Part shown: in pieces, positions 1 through 12,779 of the stretch
How positions within the stretch are numbered: position 1 is the first letter of the stretch
Layout of the letters: the number at the start of each line of letters is the position of its first letter
Origin: Lama guanicoe
Taxonomy: Eukaryota
Direction of reading: 5' to 3'
Assembly: GCA_013239625.1 (NCBI GenBank)
Contig: MU054220.1
Coordinates: 1,088,871 to 1,152,870 of the forward strand
Length of the DNA stretch: 64,000 bases
The notes under the pieces: generated by a model
Seen by the model: the letters and a program-made list of their open reading frames with translations, nothing else
What the model was told of the DNA's origin: nothing
Databases searched by the model: none
Program-made: the position numbers and the translations under genes

Positions 1-3000
1 ATTTAAAGGAGATGAAAACAATTACTCTCAGTACTGCCATCCAAAAAGGAAAACTATAAATTTTCTTCTATATTTTTCTTCCATTCTTTCTTCCATACGC
101 AGGTTTTTGTTCACTTCTCATTTATACCACATATTTAATGTATTATCCTGATTCATATTATAATTTAAACATTTCCCTGATCATTATAAACTCTTTAAAA
201 AGTGTTACTTTTAATGATTGCTTATTATTCTATCAAGTGGATTTATCTAATAATAAGTCATTGTAATACCACAAACACCTCATCATGCATTAAGTTATTT
301 CTGGGTCCATGGAATAAGTCGCCCAGTCTGGATTTTAACTGAAGCCATTTGAATACACATCAGGGGTTTGAACGGAAATGATCCAGAGGTATTAAATGAT
401 CAGCTGTAATTAGCTGGAAATAATAATTGGGCAGATTTTGCCAAAAGGAACAGATACTCACTGGATAAATAGGAGATTTGTGGGCCAAAACATCATTAAT
501 TCAGAACATTTATAGCTGGGATCCAGGACTCAAAAATGTGTTACGTTGGGAAATTCAATCAGTTCCAAAGAGCATCCTGTCCTCGTCTAAGAATCAAGAT
601 AGAGAAGCGTCAGTGCTGAGCTTCAGTTACCCCATTATGCTTTGTTGTAGAAAGGACTGAGGCACAGGGTCAGACACAAAAACAAAACTGAAATAAAAAA
701 AAAATCACTCTGGCATCCTAACATATATGGGTGATCCAAAGAATATGTTTATTTCAAAAAGAAAGAAAATATTAGACTGTTAAACCAGTAAAGATGCAGT
801 TTGTATTCTTAAAACCCCTGATAATGGTCTTAGTACCCCTGGTCCTTTTTGGTTTTCATATTAATGGAGATCCACAACTTAGTGGATCGGCCAATAACAC
901 TTCCTAGAATAAATCAAATCCATTTAAAGTAGAACTGAGCTGTGGGAAAGAGCCTTAGATCCTCTATTCATTTTCTTATTCATTCAGCAGGTATCGGGCT
1001 AGTTGTTGAGGAAACAGCAAATGAAATCACCTTGATCCCTCTTCTCACAGACAGCATGGTACTCAGTGCTATGATGCAAATCTGCCCAAGGACCCATATG
1101 AGCATGAGGATGAGTCCCACCCAAACTGGATGTAAAGAGTGGGAAACCCACCTTCAATTACTCATGAATGCCAAACTTAGCTTCCTCAGCACCAAGCGCT
1201 CTCAGTTTCACACTGCACAGATATGCTCAGCTCTCAACTCTCACGTTCCCTGGATGATATGGATGATAGCCCCTCGATTTCCTGTGCTTCACCCTAGGAC
1301 CCCTTAATCTGAGGTTCTGCAATGCCCTTCAATATAACTAAGCTCCAATTCCTGACATCCAAATTGTTCATTAGGTCTCATCTGTTTCAACACACTGACC
1401 ATTGTTGATGCTTAGAGGCTCCATCCATAATTGTGAGAGTCATAAACAAAGACAGTCAAAAGAATCAAAACAATTTCCTTTACAGAATGCTGCAAAATCT
1501 CAGAAGAAGGTGCTAGAGAACGGCCGGGTAAACCCATCAGTCCTCACAGATAAGGGTTGCTGAAAATATATTTTACATTGAAAAGAAGCTGAGTCTCTTT
1601 AGGAAAGAGCTCGAGAGAATTTTGTATTGTCTGACTTCTTGCATCCTTATCAAATAAAGGGGGATAACAAAGGACAGGTAAAGAAATCATGCAAAAGAAG
1701 TTTATAATAATTCCAAATGGGTGGGAGACTCACTAAACTGGATTGGAGTGTTCCATGTCTGGTTCTGATGACATGTCCTTAATACTATTAGATCCTGAGA
1801 TTCTGAAATAACCATTAAATCATGGAGGTCCCAGATCCTCCCTTCAGCCAGTTTGAGCCTCAGTTTCTTCATTTGTAAAATTTGCCAATAATTATTTTAC
1901 CTGCCTTTGAAGCGTACTGAGGATATCAGATGAAAAAATAAATGAACAGATTGTAGACACTACAAAGTTCAAAAAAGAAAGTACATTGTTGATTGTTATT
2001 ATTTATGTGTCTTTTTTCCCAATTCAAACCCTAAAAACAGGTATAAGATAGGACTTTGGAAAGTTGAATTAAAATTCATAAAAGACAAAAATGAACTTAG
2101 GATCCTTACAAAGAGCCAAATGACTTACTCCATTCCCTTTTTCACGGAAAATGATAGGAAATTTAAATTTAATAGAAAAGATATCAGCAATGAAGGAAAA
2201 CTTACTTGTACAACAAAAATTGAAAGACTTGATTAGCGAAGAGTTCATTCTCTTGCTTGGATATTTCTCTAGAAAAAAGTCTTGAGGATTGAAATTTTCT
2301 GAAATGAATGCCAGTTAAAATTTTAGATTCTGCATATAAAGGTGTTTCCCAACATGTTGCTTGTGACAACCACCATAGCACTGAACTCACCTAAGGCTGG
2401 TCCTGAGTCCCTGCTGGTTCTCTGGAATCAGAGTGAGGAGAAGAGAGACGCGGAGAGATGGCTGCTTCGTGACCCAGCTGACCCCAGCTCTAAAGCCCTA
2501 GTGTCTGGCTTCTGGATGAAATCATTAAATACATGATCCCACCAGACTGGGGACACCTTAATCCCATTGTCTTTCTTGCAATGAAACCTGGAACAATTTG
2601 AAAGCATCTTCCCCCGAGTATCTGAGCTGGGGCATTAGCTCCTGGAAGAACGGACTCCCTCCTCCCAGCCAGTCGGAAGAAGTTGGCAATGGACCAAGAG
2701 TTTAAACATCATAGTCCAGTGAGACCCAGTCTCAGAGGCTACCAAGTCTGCTGAGTGTGGCCCAGGGTCAGAGTGTGGAAATATAAAGAAGTAGACGAAG
2801 TTTGTCCCAAATGCTGAAGCTGTGGCCCCAGGTTTTCCAGCCTTCCCTGGTCACACTCTATGTTACTATCCCAGTGAAACAGCATACATGCAGTCTTGGG
2901 TGCCTGCAGGAAATCTCTCTGGAGAGTCTAGGTTTCTACTTCAGGTTTTCCCCTCTAGGTAAATTATTTAACTTTTAACCTTCTGTGCCTCAGTTTCCTC

Positions 3001-3034
3001 ACCTGTAAAATGGGGCTAAAAATAGTGTCTACTT

Positions 3035-3296
3035 GGATATCAATAGCATAACATGGTAACTATAACTAACAATACATATTACACACTTGAAAGTTGTTAA
3101 GAGAGTAGATTTTAAGTGTTATCACCACACACACACACACACACACAAAGTGATGATTATGTGAGGAGATGGAGGTGGTAATTAACTTTATTGCAGTTAT
3201 CACTTCACAATACATACATATAGCAAATCATCACATTGTACACCTTATAATTACATATGTCATATGTCAGTAATATCTCAGTGAAGCTGGAAAAAG
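3035..3296 (+). mobile_element. L1MA-type LINE-1 3' end fragment with (CA)n, inserted into a MIR-like SINE
   Basis: Typical L1MA 3'UTR text (cttgaaagttgttaagagagtagattttaagtgttatcacc ... atatctcagtgaagctggaaaaa). Flanks read as MIR (cctcagtttcctcacctgtaaaatgggg). Confidence 0.7.
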
Positions 3297-4649
3297 TGAT
3301 GCCTACCTCATAAGCTCATTATGAGGATAAAATTAAAGCATTTACATAAAATGCTTAGAACAAAGCTTGGTGCATAGTAATTGCTATGTAAGTATTTGCT
3401 ATCACTACTACTACTATTAACACTGTCATCATTATTATTATCAAGGTTGCTATTCCCAATCATGTGCCACTTCTGTGCCACTCCAGCGCCTACCCTCCTC
3501 CATCTCAGCATAAGGACACTCGGCTGAATGATATGACCTGGGGATAGCATAAAGAAAGCAGAGTAATACAAAGGAAATCCTAAATGTTAGCATCAGGCAT
3601 CAGTGCTCCCAATGCTCCTAGTGGCCACCAGCCAAACCGCATGCTAGGGAGTCTAAAACCCGCTTGCCTCTGTCTCTTGAGATCTGCTTCCACTCAGGCC
3701 TCATCACATTTGCTGGATCTTCCCCCTATCCAGACCCTCAAATGTCCACCTCTAGGCTTTGGGAGAAAGCCAAAATCAGATAGCATTATTAAAACTTCTT
3801 CACCCATAAGAGTCACCTTTTTATTTTCATTATTTCATACCTTTATTATTGTATTGCATATTAAATTTATCATTTTTACATATTATTTATTATTTTATTA
3901 CATATTACTAAACTAAGCAGAGCAGCTTAGTTTTTGCCTCAACTTCTCTTCTCCAGAGATTCAGGACCTTGCCTTTATAAAGGTCAAATGATAATGCAAA
4001 TGTTTTTCTTAAAAAGCAGTAGTACTCACCCCAAACATGAATTCTGCCATTATCTTTAGTTCATTGAAAGACTCAAGTGTCATTTTTTTGAAGTATAAAT
4101 CTAAAAATCTTGTAAAATATTCCCTTCACCTCCCGTGGCCCCAGATCACCCAGTGGCCCTCCTGCTCTGTGACTTTTTCAGCATCCCCACTCTCAAATGG
4201 TGCTCTGTAAGGTTTGGCTCTAAACTTTAGCATGCCATCACACGGCATCACCTGCTTCATGCATTTGTCTGTTTTCTCCTCCTAGTGGGCATTTATCACC
4301 CAGAGCATACATAAGGGAACCATAAAAATGAAACTATAAGCAATCTGTTAAATTTTTCTTAGAATTTTGGGGTATGAATTCTAGCAGGGACAGTTGAAAT
4401 TTTATAAATCTAATGTCTCATTTTAAAGAAAATAGAAGAGCAGCTCAGAAAAATTTATAAAAGAATGGGGAAATAGTGGAAATTAAGAGCGAGGAGCCAT
4501 CTCAGAAAATCTACAGCCTTGTCAAAGTCTCTGCCTTTCGCTCATCTGTTTATCCTTCCATCCAAGAGGAACTGATACCTTTGAGCTGGACGTTGTGCAC
4601 ATTGGGGTTTCAGGTTAAGGAGGGCCAGATAGAAACACACATGCACGTG

Positions 4650-4682
<33 letters not shown>

Positions 4683-5319
4683 TATGGCTTCTTCCTCATG
4701 GCATGGTCAATCAAGTAGACATAATGACTCATTTGAGGGGATGTAATTTGGGATTGAGAAATTTTCTCTGTATTGCACCAATGTAAACCAGAGGCAGCCT
4801 AGAGTTGGGAACTGTTAATAGCAAGACTTGTGCTTTCTTTCATGTGTGCATTAAATGTTGCAAAGGATTTTCACATTCATTAACACATTTGTTCATCAGG
4901 AAGTTGTGCAGACGGCAGGGCAGATGTGATTATCAGCATGTTACATTCATTTATTCTGTAATGCAGTGCTGCTTCACGAATGACTCACCAGCTCAGGGGT
5001 CTCAAGTTTGCTCAGTTCAGAAACGCCTCCAAGTGAAGTTGTGCTGCTCCTCCACCCCTAACACAGTAGTAGTTGTGCCGAGTTCACCCCCTGAGCTCCA
5101 GGTGGCTGGGGGCGTTGTGGGGGGATGTCCGCGGTGTTGGAAGGATGGCGGTCTGAGTGTGGTACGGCGGTGCAGCATGACAAGGGCTCTACCCAGGACT
5201 GGCTCCTGCTCCCGTGAGCAGTGCTCCTCAGAATGACCCATTCATCCAGCCCTTCCTAAGTGCCCTCAACCCTACCTCTTCAACTCCTCATGTTTTGGAT
5301 AAATTCATTAGTAACCTTA

Positions 5320-5760
5320 TCTGTTAGGCCCTTGCATATTAATTGACATGGTTTAGAAATGCCGCTATAATACAGAATCTCAGTGACTAATCACGATAAG
5401 CACTTATTTCTCATTCACACTATGTCCCCCGCAGACTTACCTAATCAGGCTGGTCTCATGGGCCAGCTCACCACCGAGATGTGATTCCTGGACACAGGCC
5501 CGTTTCCACCTGTGATGCCTCAAGTCTCCTGGGGCTTCAGGACTATCTGTTGGGTCATCTGCACCCAGCTAGCCAATGACCAAAGATAGATTAAGGATCA
5601 CTGGGGACATTTTATGGACCAAGCCCAAATGGGTACATCATTTCCACCCATTAGTGACAAGACCCCATATGGATATAAGGGGACTAGGAAATGCAGTTTG
5701 TGTGCCCAGAAGGAAAAGATGAAGTGATCTGGTGGACACATTGCATTGTTTGAACCATAC
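5320..5760. mobile_element. MLT1-like (ERVL-MaLR) LTR, degenerate
   Basis: Recognisable MLT1 segments (cacttatttctcattcacac; ggggactaggaaatgcagtttgtgtgcccagaagg). Recognition by eye only. Confidence 0.5.
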
Positions 5761-7139
5761 TTCCTCATTTGCTGGCCTCTATCCCTCCCTTTTTCCCTTC
5801 AAAGTTTATTAGTCTATTCTAGAAGCTTCTGACATGCAATAGAACTTCTTGGTTTCTAACTGAAACCAGAGTCCAAATCATTACCACACAAAAAGGAAGC
5901 TTAACTTCCAAATTTTGTTCTATGCTTTGAATACTTATCAAGCACATACTAGTAACAGCATAGTAAGTATCCCATGGTCTGGATCCAGGGCCTACTGTCT
6001 GTGGCTCAGTGTTTTTGGACCAGTAACTTATCCTCTCTATTTACACATCTATAAAATGAAGATAATATTAATATCTACCTTAGAGAGTTATGATTGTAAG
6101 CGGCAGTGGAGGAGTGGTATCACTGAAGATAGCACAGGAGGGAGCTCTAGGCTCCATTCCCTGCACAGAGAAAATTCACTTTTGCAGAACCTAAGATTCT
6201 AGTCAAAAACTAACAACAGTCAGTGGAAGGCTTGGTAAAGAATGACGCAGCTCCTTTGCAGTGAGAGTGCTACGGAATTTTAAATTGCCTGCTTACCATA
6301 CCCCACACCACCAGAAACTGTCACAGCCAAGGGAAGAGCAATTCTCATTCCTGGTTCAAGTTTCTGGGTCATTAGGGAAATGCAAATCAAAATCTTAGTG
6401 AGATACCACTTCGCACCCACTAGGATGGCTATAATCAAAAACAAAGAAAGAGGTGGGGAGGAAGGAAGGGAGGGAGGCAGGCAGGCAGACCTCAGAAATT
6501 CAGTTTACTCATTTCAGATGGAGATAATAATACATATCACCAAAGATGGCCATGTACTGTAAAAATATTCAACACAGTTCTTGGCACTTTGTAGGTACTC
6601 AGTAAATATCAAGTATTATTAGATCTCAGTGGTTGTATATTAGACTCAGGGGGCAGATTGGTTTACAAGGGCAATGCCATAGGATTTCATTCTAAGGGTT
6701 TTTTTTATTTCAGAATATTTTATTAAATTTCAAGTACAAAGAATCATAAAACTTGAGATACCTCATGGGCAAGGTGGTCAACCTACAAGATACTTCTAGT
6801 TCTCTACAACTCACAAACTGAAAAAGAAAAGGATGATGAAGAAGACTCTGAATGTTACAAGTCCCATGGACCAGTCTGCAGTCTTAATAGAAAGATGCAA
6901 TGGTGGCATCATCCCAAGAGGTGAGGCAGTTTCAGAGCAGGCTGAGTCAGCATTGCATGGAGTGTCCACCACAATTGGATATGATACATTTTCCGAGGCA
7001 TGCCTTGACTGTCATTGATGAAGTTCTTGCCCTGACTCTCTGGAGTCTCATACAGACATAACACAGGGTGCGCCTCCACCCCCAGGACTTGTGACTGATT
7101 GATTTATTGATTGATTGATTGGTTGGTTGGTTGATTGAC

Positions 7140-8480
7140 AACTCCACTTCCCTGCACTCTGGTTGATTGAGAGCTCGGGTTTCTTGTGTTCTGGATTTTC
7201 CCTTTCCCCTTCCCCTGCCTTTGCCCAATGCTCCTTTCTATCTAAGCTACCTAAGATTCCCCCTTCTTGTCATAAGACCCCAAATCTGGGGGATGTAGAG
7301 AGTGAGCACCACTCTAGCTACTTCCTACTGATCTGGGGTGATGATGGAGCTCTTTGGGGTCCCAGACTAGCTGGCTGTCCTTGGGCAGGATGTGAGCAAA
7401 GGGTCGGTGTTCATGGAGGGCCTTGTATATAAGTGGTCTTGGCTAATTGGTTGATTACCTTGTTATATAATCATTTGAAGTTTATCTCTAGATGAGAAGA
7501 AACACTTTTCATAAGAAGGTTGAATAGATAGAGGTCAAATATATAGAGCCAATCCTAGCCAAAGGATGAAAGGGGCAAACAAGGGTCTTAAAAAGTAATT
7601 GATTTCTGTGCTTTCTGTTGGTTTAGGTTTTAGAAAGCAGATGTTGGAGTGTTAGCCCAGTAACTAAAGGAGGAGTAAAAAGAGGGACCCTAATGTCAGA
7701 GACATTTTAAATTAGTATTAAAACAGCTTGGTGGGGGCCCTCAAAGAGAAACGATCTGAACCAGGAGACATTTAAGAAAGAGGTTTATCTAACAGGGATC
7801 CATAGGCCCATAGGGCGATGGAAAAGTTTCACTGGAGTGTTGCTTAAAAAGCAGTTGCAGATCACTAAGAGGTTCACAAGAATATGTAGCTCCCAATGGC
7901 GAATCAGATTTCATCAGGGTTTTCCAGGGGTTGGTTGATAAGATCTGTTCTAGCTCCTTGAGAAATGGATAGGGTCTCATGACATAGGTGAAAAGAAACA
8001 GACTCGTCTGGTGATGGTAAGAGTGTAGCAGGATTGAGTGTCCCACAAACAGAGACAGTGACATCTGGATTTTCCAGTAATAATGCCTGATATTTAAGAA
8101 GCTGAGCATCTGAGAGCCAGAAATGTTTCTTGCCTTTTAAAAGGTCAGAAACTTGATGGTTATTTTATGCTTGTATGGGGGCCTCTGGAGTTAGCTTAAA
8201 AGCTTCCTCCAGGAGAGTGGAGAGGGCTCCCAGCACTCTTAGGCAGGAAGGCCAGCCTCAAGCAGTGGGATCTAGCCACTTGAAGAAGTACCCCATAGGC
8301 TGTTGGGTAGGACCCAGCCATTGGGTGAGGACCCCCAAGGCTATTCCTCCTCTCATGAACACATAACAGGAAGGGCCTTGTGGCATCTGGAAGCCCCAAG
8401 GCTGGGGATCTTACTAGGAGATTTTTTAATTCTTCCATTGCTTCCTGTTGGGAAGGACACCACTGGAGAGGTCTTCCCAA
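7140..8480 (-). mobile_element. Degenerate class I (gamma-like) ERV: pol tether/RNase H start, env TM C-terminus, PPT and start of 3' LTR
   Basis: Minus-strand translations: PLQW...SPALGLPDATRPFLLCVHER; WLSDAQLLKYQALLLENPDV...LNPATLLP; DLINQPLENPD. An env-like tail lies at about 7430-7620, and a polypurine tract aagaagggggaa near 7257-7268. Confidence 0.8.
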
Positions 8481-8489
8481 ATCATCTAC

Positions 8490-9495
8490 CCCTAAGGCAC
8501 CCTCCAGGCAGCTGGGGACCCCAGATCCCCATGAATCAGCTCATGGATCTGGCATTTAAAGTATTGAACAATAGAGACAGGGCTAAAGAGGCAAAAAGGA
8601 TTCAGGAACAACAGCAAAAGGTGCAATTCTTAGCGGCAGCCTTCATCTCTGCACCACCTCAGAGTTACCCTCCACCAAGACCCATGGCGAGGACAGGATC
8701 CAGGATGCCTGCATCAGAGCCACTGTCTCATCAAAAAGGGACCTCTTTTAAGTACAGCCAGGAGGGCCACTGGAAAGACAAATGCCCCATGCATGGGAAA
8801 AGTCCACCAGGACCCTGACCCCTATACAAACAAAAAGGCCACTGGAAGTGGGACTGGCCCCAGTCCTGAAGGAGGCTTGGGGCTCCCAAACCAATGATGG
8901 CTAAGATGACTAAAGGCTGATGGGGCCCGGGACCCTCCCTGGCTCCCACAGGACACCAGGTCATTTCTCAGGTGGAGGCTTGGGTAACCCTTGACGTGGC
9001 AGGGAGAAAAGTTGTCTTATTAGATGAGGGAGCCACCTACTCTGTGCTGACTGATTTCCCTGGACCCTTGTCCGCTCAATCCTATGTAATAACGGGGATC
9101 AATAGATGGCCCCCAACAAGGTGCTTACTAAAAATTTACTTTCACACATGAGTTTTTGCTGGTGGCTGAGTGTCCCATCCCCTCATTGGGAAGGGACCTA
9201 CTTGCTCAGTAAATCCCAAGAAATAATCCAATTCAAAGACCCTTACATGAAAGACACACACCCAAAAAAATGTCTACTCTTGGCTTTGGGAGCCTGCCTC
9301 AGTCCCAAGCCAGAAGCGGTCTCCCTTCCACCCCATATTGATTCTCAAGTAGACCCTGCTGTCTAGAAACGTGAGGTCCCTGACAGAGCTACTATTGTCA
9401 GGTTGTCACCAGAAATGGGACCACATGAGGCTACAGGCAAGCCTCTTCAGATCAAAGGCTGAACCAAGAGCCTTAATTTAAAAATTTCTCAAACC
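8490..9495 (+). mobile_element. Degenerate class I ERV gag C-terminus, zinc knuckles and protease
   Basis: GPQIPMNQLMDLAFKVLNNRD (capsid end), QEGHWKDKCP and KQKGHWKWDWP (decayed CCHC knuckles), and LDEGATYSVL (decayed protease DTGA motif, about 9020-9050). Confidence 0.85.
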
Positions 9496-10165
9496 CAGGA
9501 AGGCTCCTCAAAAGTGTTCATAAATAGATGGCCATATGGGAGGCCATCGGTTGGACTAAACTGACCATAGCTAATATTCGGAGCCTAATAAAAAGTTTTG
9601 GGAAAAGTCTCCCCTAAGCTAAATGAGAAAAAACAGAACTGTCTTTGTTTTACAAATCTAGCCTTTACAGGACCAGAAGTGTGGCTCCAAAACTGATGCA
9701 AAGCCCACCAACCCTTCTACCACTCCCCAAACCTCCCCTATGTAGTTATCTTAAGAGACAAGTATTAAAAAAAAAAAAAAAACTTTTTTTCTGGCATTTA
9801 AAAAACAAAGTCTTTCTAGGAGAAACTTGCCTTCCTATGCCTTTGAGATACAAATATTCTACCTTGTCTTCTCCAGGAATTCTGATCTTACCATCTATTT
9901 AAAATGCAAATTTCAAAAAAAGTGGGGGATAAATAATTTGGAACTTAATTTGTGAAGGACAAGTAAAAATTTTATCTCTTTTTCATAAATATTAGTAAAA
10001 AGGCTTAGCCATCTAGATGGGCAACTTTGATTTGTTCTATCTGCCAGAAAATACAGTTTAAATCCAACCTACTTGGGGTTTTACTTTGTTAAACCTGACT
10101 CATGACTAAAATTTTAAAATGAAAATTATAAGGTGTCTGGCTTGTATGTCACAGATGTATGGTAT

Positions 10166-10578
10166 TGTTATGGAAACGACAGGCCAGCCAAGAAACAAGC
10201 ACCACTCGGAGGGTTGGAGTACTCAGATGTATTACACCAGCGGGCTCAGAGGGGCTTCTGCCCCGAAGCTCTGAGCACCTCCAAGACGTGTGCAACAGGT
10301 TTTATAGGGTAAAGTACAAGCTTGGGGTATTCGGCCAATGGGCATGGAACAGCTTTAGCAGCATTATCATCACAAAAGTGGAGGCGGGGAGGCAGCAAAC
10401 CAACATTCCAAAGCCAGATATGTATCTTTGAAAACCCAGCGGGCTAGCAAAAAACATGAACAGCAAACCAACACTAATTAACTTAGATTTACAAGTTAGT
10501 CCAGCAGAACTCAGATCAGTATTCCGATACTTAGATTTGTGAATTATCTTGTTAGCCCAGCCGGGCTTTTCCTTCACA
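10166..10578 (-). mobile_element. Solo ERV1 LTR with 4-bp target-site duplication
   Basis: TG...CA termini. TSD GTAT at 10162-10165 and 10579-10582. CCAAT-box and TATAAAA on the minus strand. Several CpGs retained. Confidence 0.85.
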
Positions 10579-10818
10579 GTATTGACACAATTAAATGGTA
10601 AAAGAGCTCTTTAATTGGCTGAAAGGAAATTAAGTACTTAACATAAACACAAACATAGAGTAAACTGGCCAAAATAAATTTCAGGTTCACATTACCTAAA
10701 AAGGATTCAGTGCTGGTATTGGTATTGAAGCTAGCTTACGCTTGTTGGTTTAATTCATAGAAAACGTCTCTTTAGAGACATCAGTGTTAAGTATAATAGT
10801 TTGGTTGTGCCTAAGCTT

Positions 10819-11312
10819 TGTCAACTGAAATAAATGCACAGCCTAAAAGTTAAGAGTCATGTTTTATTTGGCGGGAGGACTCGAGCCAGGATGACAGCCT
10901 CTTAGATGGTTCTGAGGGGCTGCTCCGAAGAGGTTGGGGAGAAGCTAGGATATATAGGAGCTTTACAGCAAAGACCAGGTAGTTGGAACGATAAAAGATT
11001 ACTTGTTATCTAAAGAAAACCAGGCATCTCAAGTTAAAGAATTTAGTGCTTTTCTATGTATGGGAGGAAGCAAACATTTGGACTCACTGACGTCATTTCT
11101 TTGACAAGCACCTGGCTCTCTAGGGCCAGTATCCTGTCCTTTCTTATTCTGAGTCCCCTCAGGGTGCACCCTTGTGAGTGGCTGCAGAGGCCGGGCTGCA
11201 GGCCTGTCCCCACTAGGGCGTGGCAGCAGCCGCTGATGACTTGGTTTCAGCATTCTTTGTTTACTGATATGGTTGCAGTATTTTCACTCACATTGCAGTA
11301 TTTTTGTTCACA
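10819..11312 (-). mobile_element. Solo ERV1 LTR (MER41-like) with 4-bp target-site duplication
   Basis: TG...CA termini. TSD GCTT at 10815-10818 and 11313-11316. Minus-strand AATAAA near 10863-10868 and TATA near 10950. Confidence 0.85.
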
Positions 11313-12339
11313 GCTTACTAGAGGTCAAGCAAAACTTTATTATATGTTACAAATTTGTCAACAAAAAAAGTAACTCAATGAAAAAAAAACTTTAAAAAAT
11401 AAACAAAATAAGAGACTTGCGGTAAACCCTATAGAAGTTTTCTTTTGAAACTATCTACTTAAAATTGTCTCTCTAAATTTTGGTACTTAAAACTAAACTA
11501 AAAAGTTCACTGACTATCTGTGTCATTTATAAAATATTGAAACATTAATTACTGGGCAGATCTAAGGTTATCTACCCTTGCCTTAGGGAAAAAAAAAAGA
11601 AAAACCAAAACATTAGTTTTTAGTCAGGAAATGGCTATATGACAACCAATTCACAGTTGCTTGCTTCTTGGTTTTTGCCAGGGATTTAAGATTTTTGAGG
11701 GTTAAAATGATAATATATGTAATTAAAACTCCTAAAGTAAGTATTTCAGTATACAATGGAAAAGTAAGATGTATGTTTTCAGTAAGAGTTTCTGTAAAAA
11801 AAAACTGCAAAAAAAAAAAGGTTTCATACATAATCAGGATTTTAAATATCTAACAAATTCAAAAAGTTCTTTGTAGCCCCATCTAACTTTAAGATGCTTT
11901 AAAGAAAACCTGAGACATCTCAGATATTAAGTTAACTAGGATTATTTAAAATGTTAAGTTAAATATAATCAGTCATAATTCTAGTAATTACAAACAAATC
12001 TTTTATCAATTACAGCTGTTTAACCATGCCTTTTAAATCTTTTTGTTGTTACACTGTCAAGTTGTCACAAGGTGCTTCATCTTTAAAAAAATTCATCAGA
12101 AGTCAATGGATACAGTGGGTTACAACAGTCCCACATCAAATGATGGCCCATCCCCTCAGCACCCTGGACATGAAAACAAATGACTGTTCTGCCCCTAGAT
12201 AAGGCATTTGGAAATTCTTTTACTCCCTGGTAGGCAGGGTCAATGCCCCTACTCAGCCTGGAAGTTGTTTCAGAAGATGGACGTCATCCCTCTACAACCC
12301 CTGAAGAAGATGATGGGAGTAAAATCTCTGAGAGGGAAG

Positions 12340-12716
12340 TGAGACAGGAAGGGGACAGGGCACAACCATTCAAGGAATAACACAGCAATTAACACTAGAA
12401 TGGTGAAAGATTCAACCCCCAGGAGTCCTTGAGGCTCAAAATGGTGGGAGATTTGACTTCTAGTAGACCTTGACCTTCATTATACAACCATTGTAATATG
12501 TTAGCATGGTGAATAACATGCCTGCAGGCACCAAGACAGTCCCAAGGCCACAGCTCCCTCTCTCTCCCTCTTCAGACACGGCGTGCACTGTCTATGGAGT
12601 GCGTACCTACTTTGACACTACTCTGAGCACCCAAACCCCACACCTTGTGGCCTTTCCCTTGCCTCTTGATGCATCTCTAAATAACCCTACTATACTGAAA
12701 CAAACAAGCAAAAAAG
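12340..12716 (+). mobile_element. ERV1 3' LTR (U3-R) ending in an A-rich tract
   Basis: Starts TGAGACAGG directly after the PPT. Ends aaataaccctactatact then gaaacaaacaagcaaaaaaga, with no recognisable U5/CA terminus. Confidence 0.65.
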
Positions 12717-12779
12717 ATGGTTGGTCCCCAATATGAGCTGAGGTCTCAGTTAGACAGGCCTGGGGGTGGATGTACACCA

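Larger units (their letters stand above)
9495..12339 (+). mobile_element. AT-rich non-autonomous ERV1 internal sequence (MER4-group-like)
   Basis: AT-rich internal-type sequence ending in the polypurine tract agagggaag immediately before an LTR start at 12340. Hosts two nested solo LTRs. Confidence 0.55.

Noticed and set aside
207..217. Near match (acttttaatga) to the AACTTTTTAATGA homeodomain element of OR enhancers
   Set aside because: Imperfect, in AT-rich probable old L1 sequence, and with no adjacent O/E site.
8303..8818. 171-aa ORF as a domesticated gag gene
   Set aside because: Chimeric across the inversion junction, non-ATG start, and zinc-knuckle cysteines decayed.
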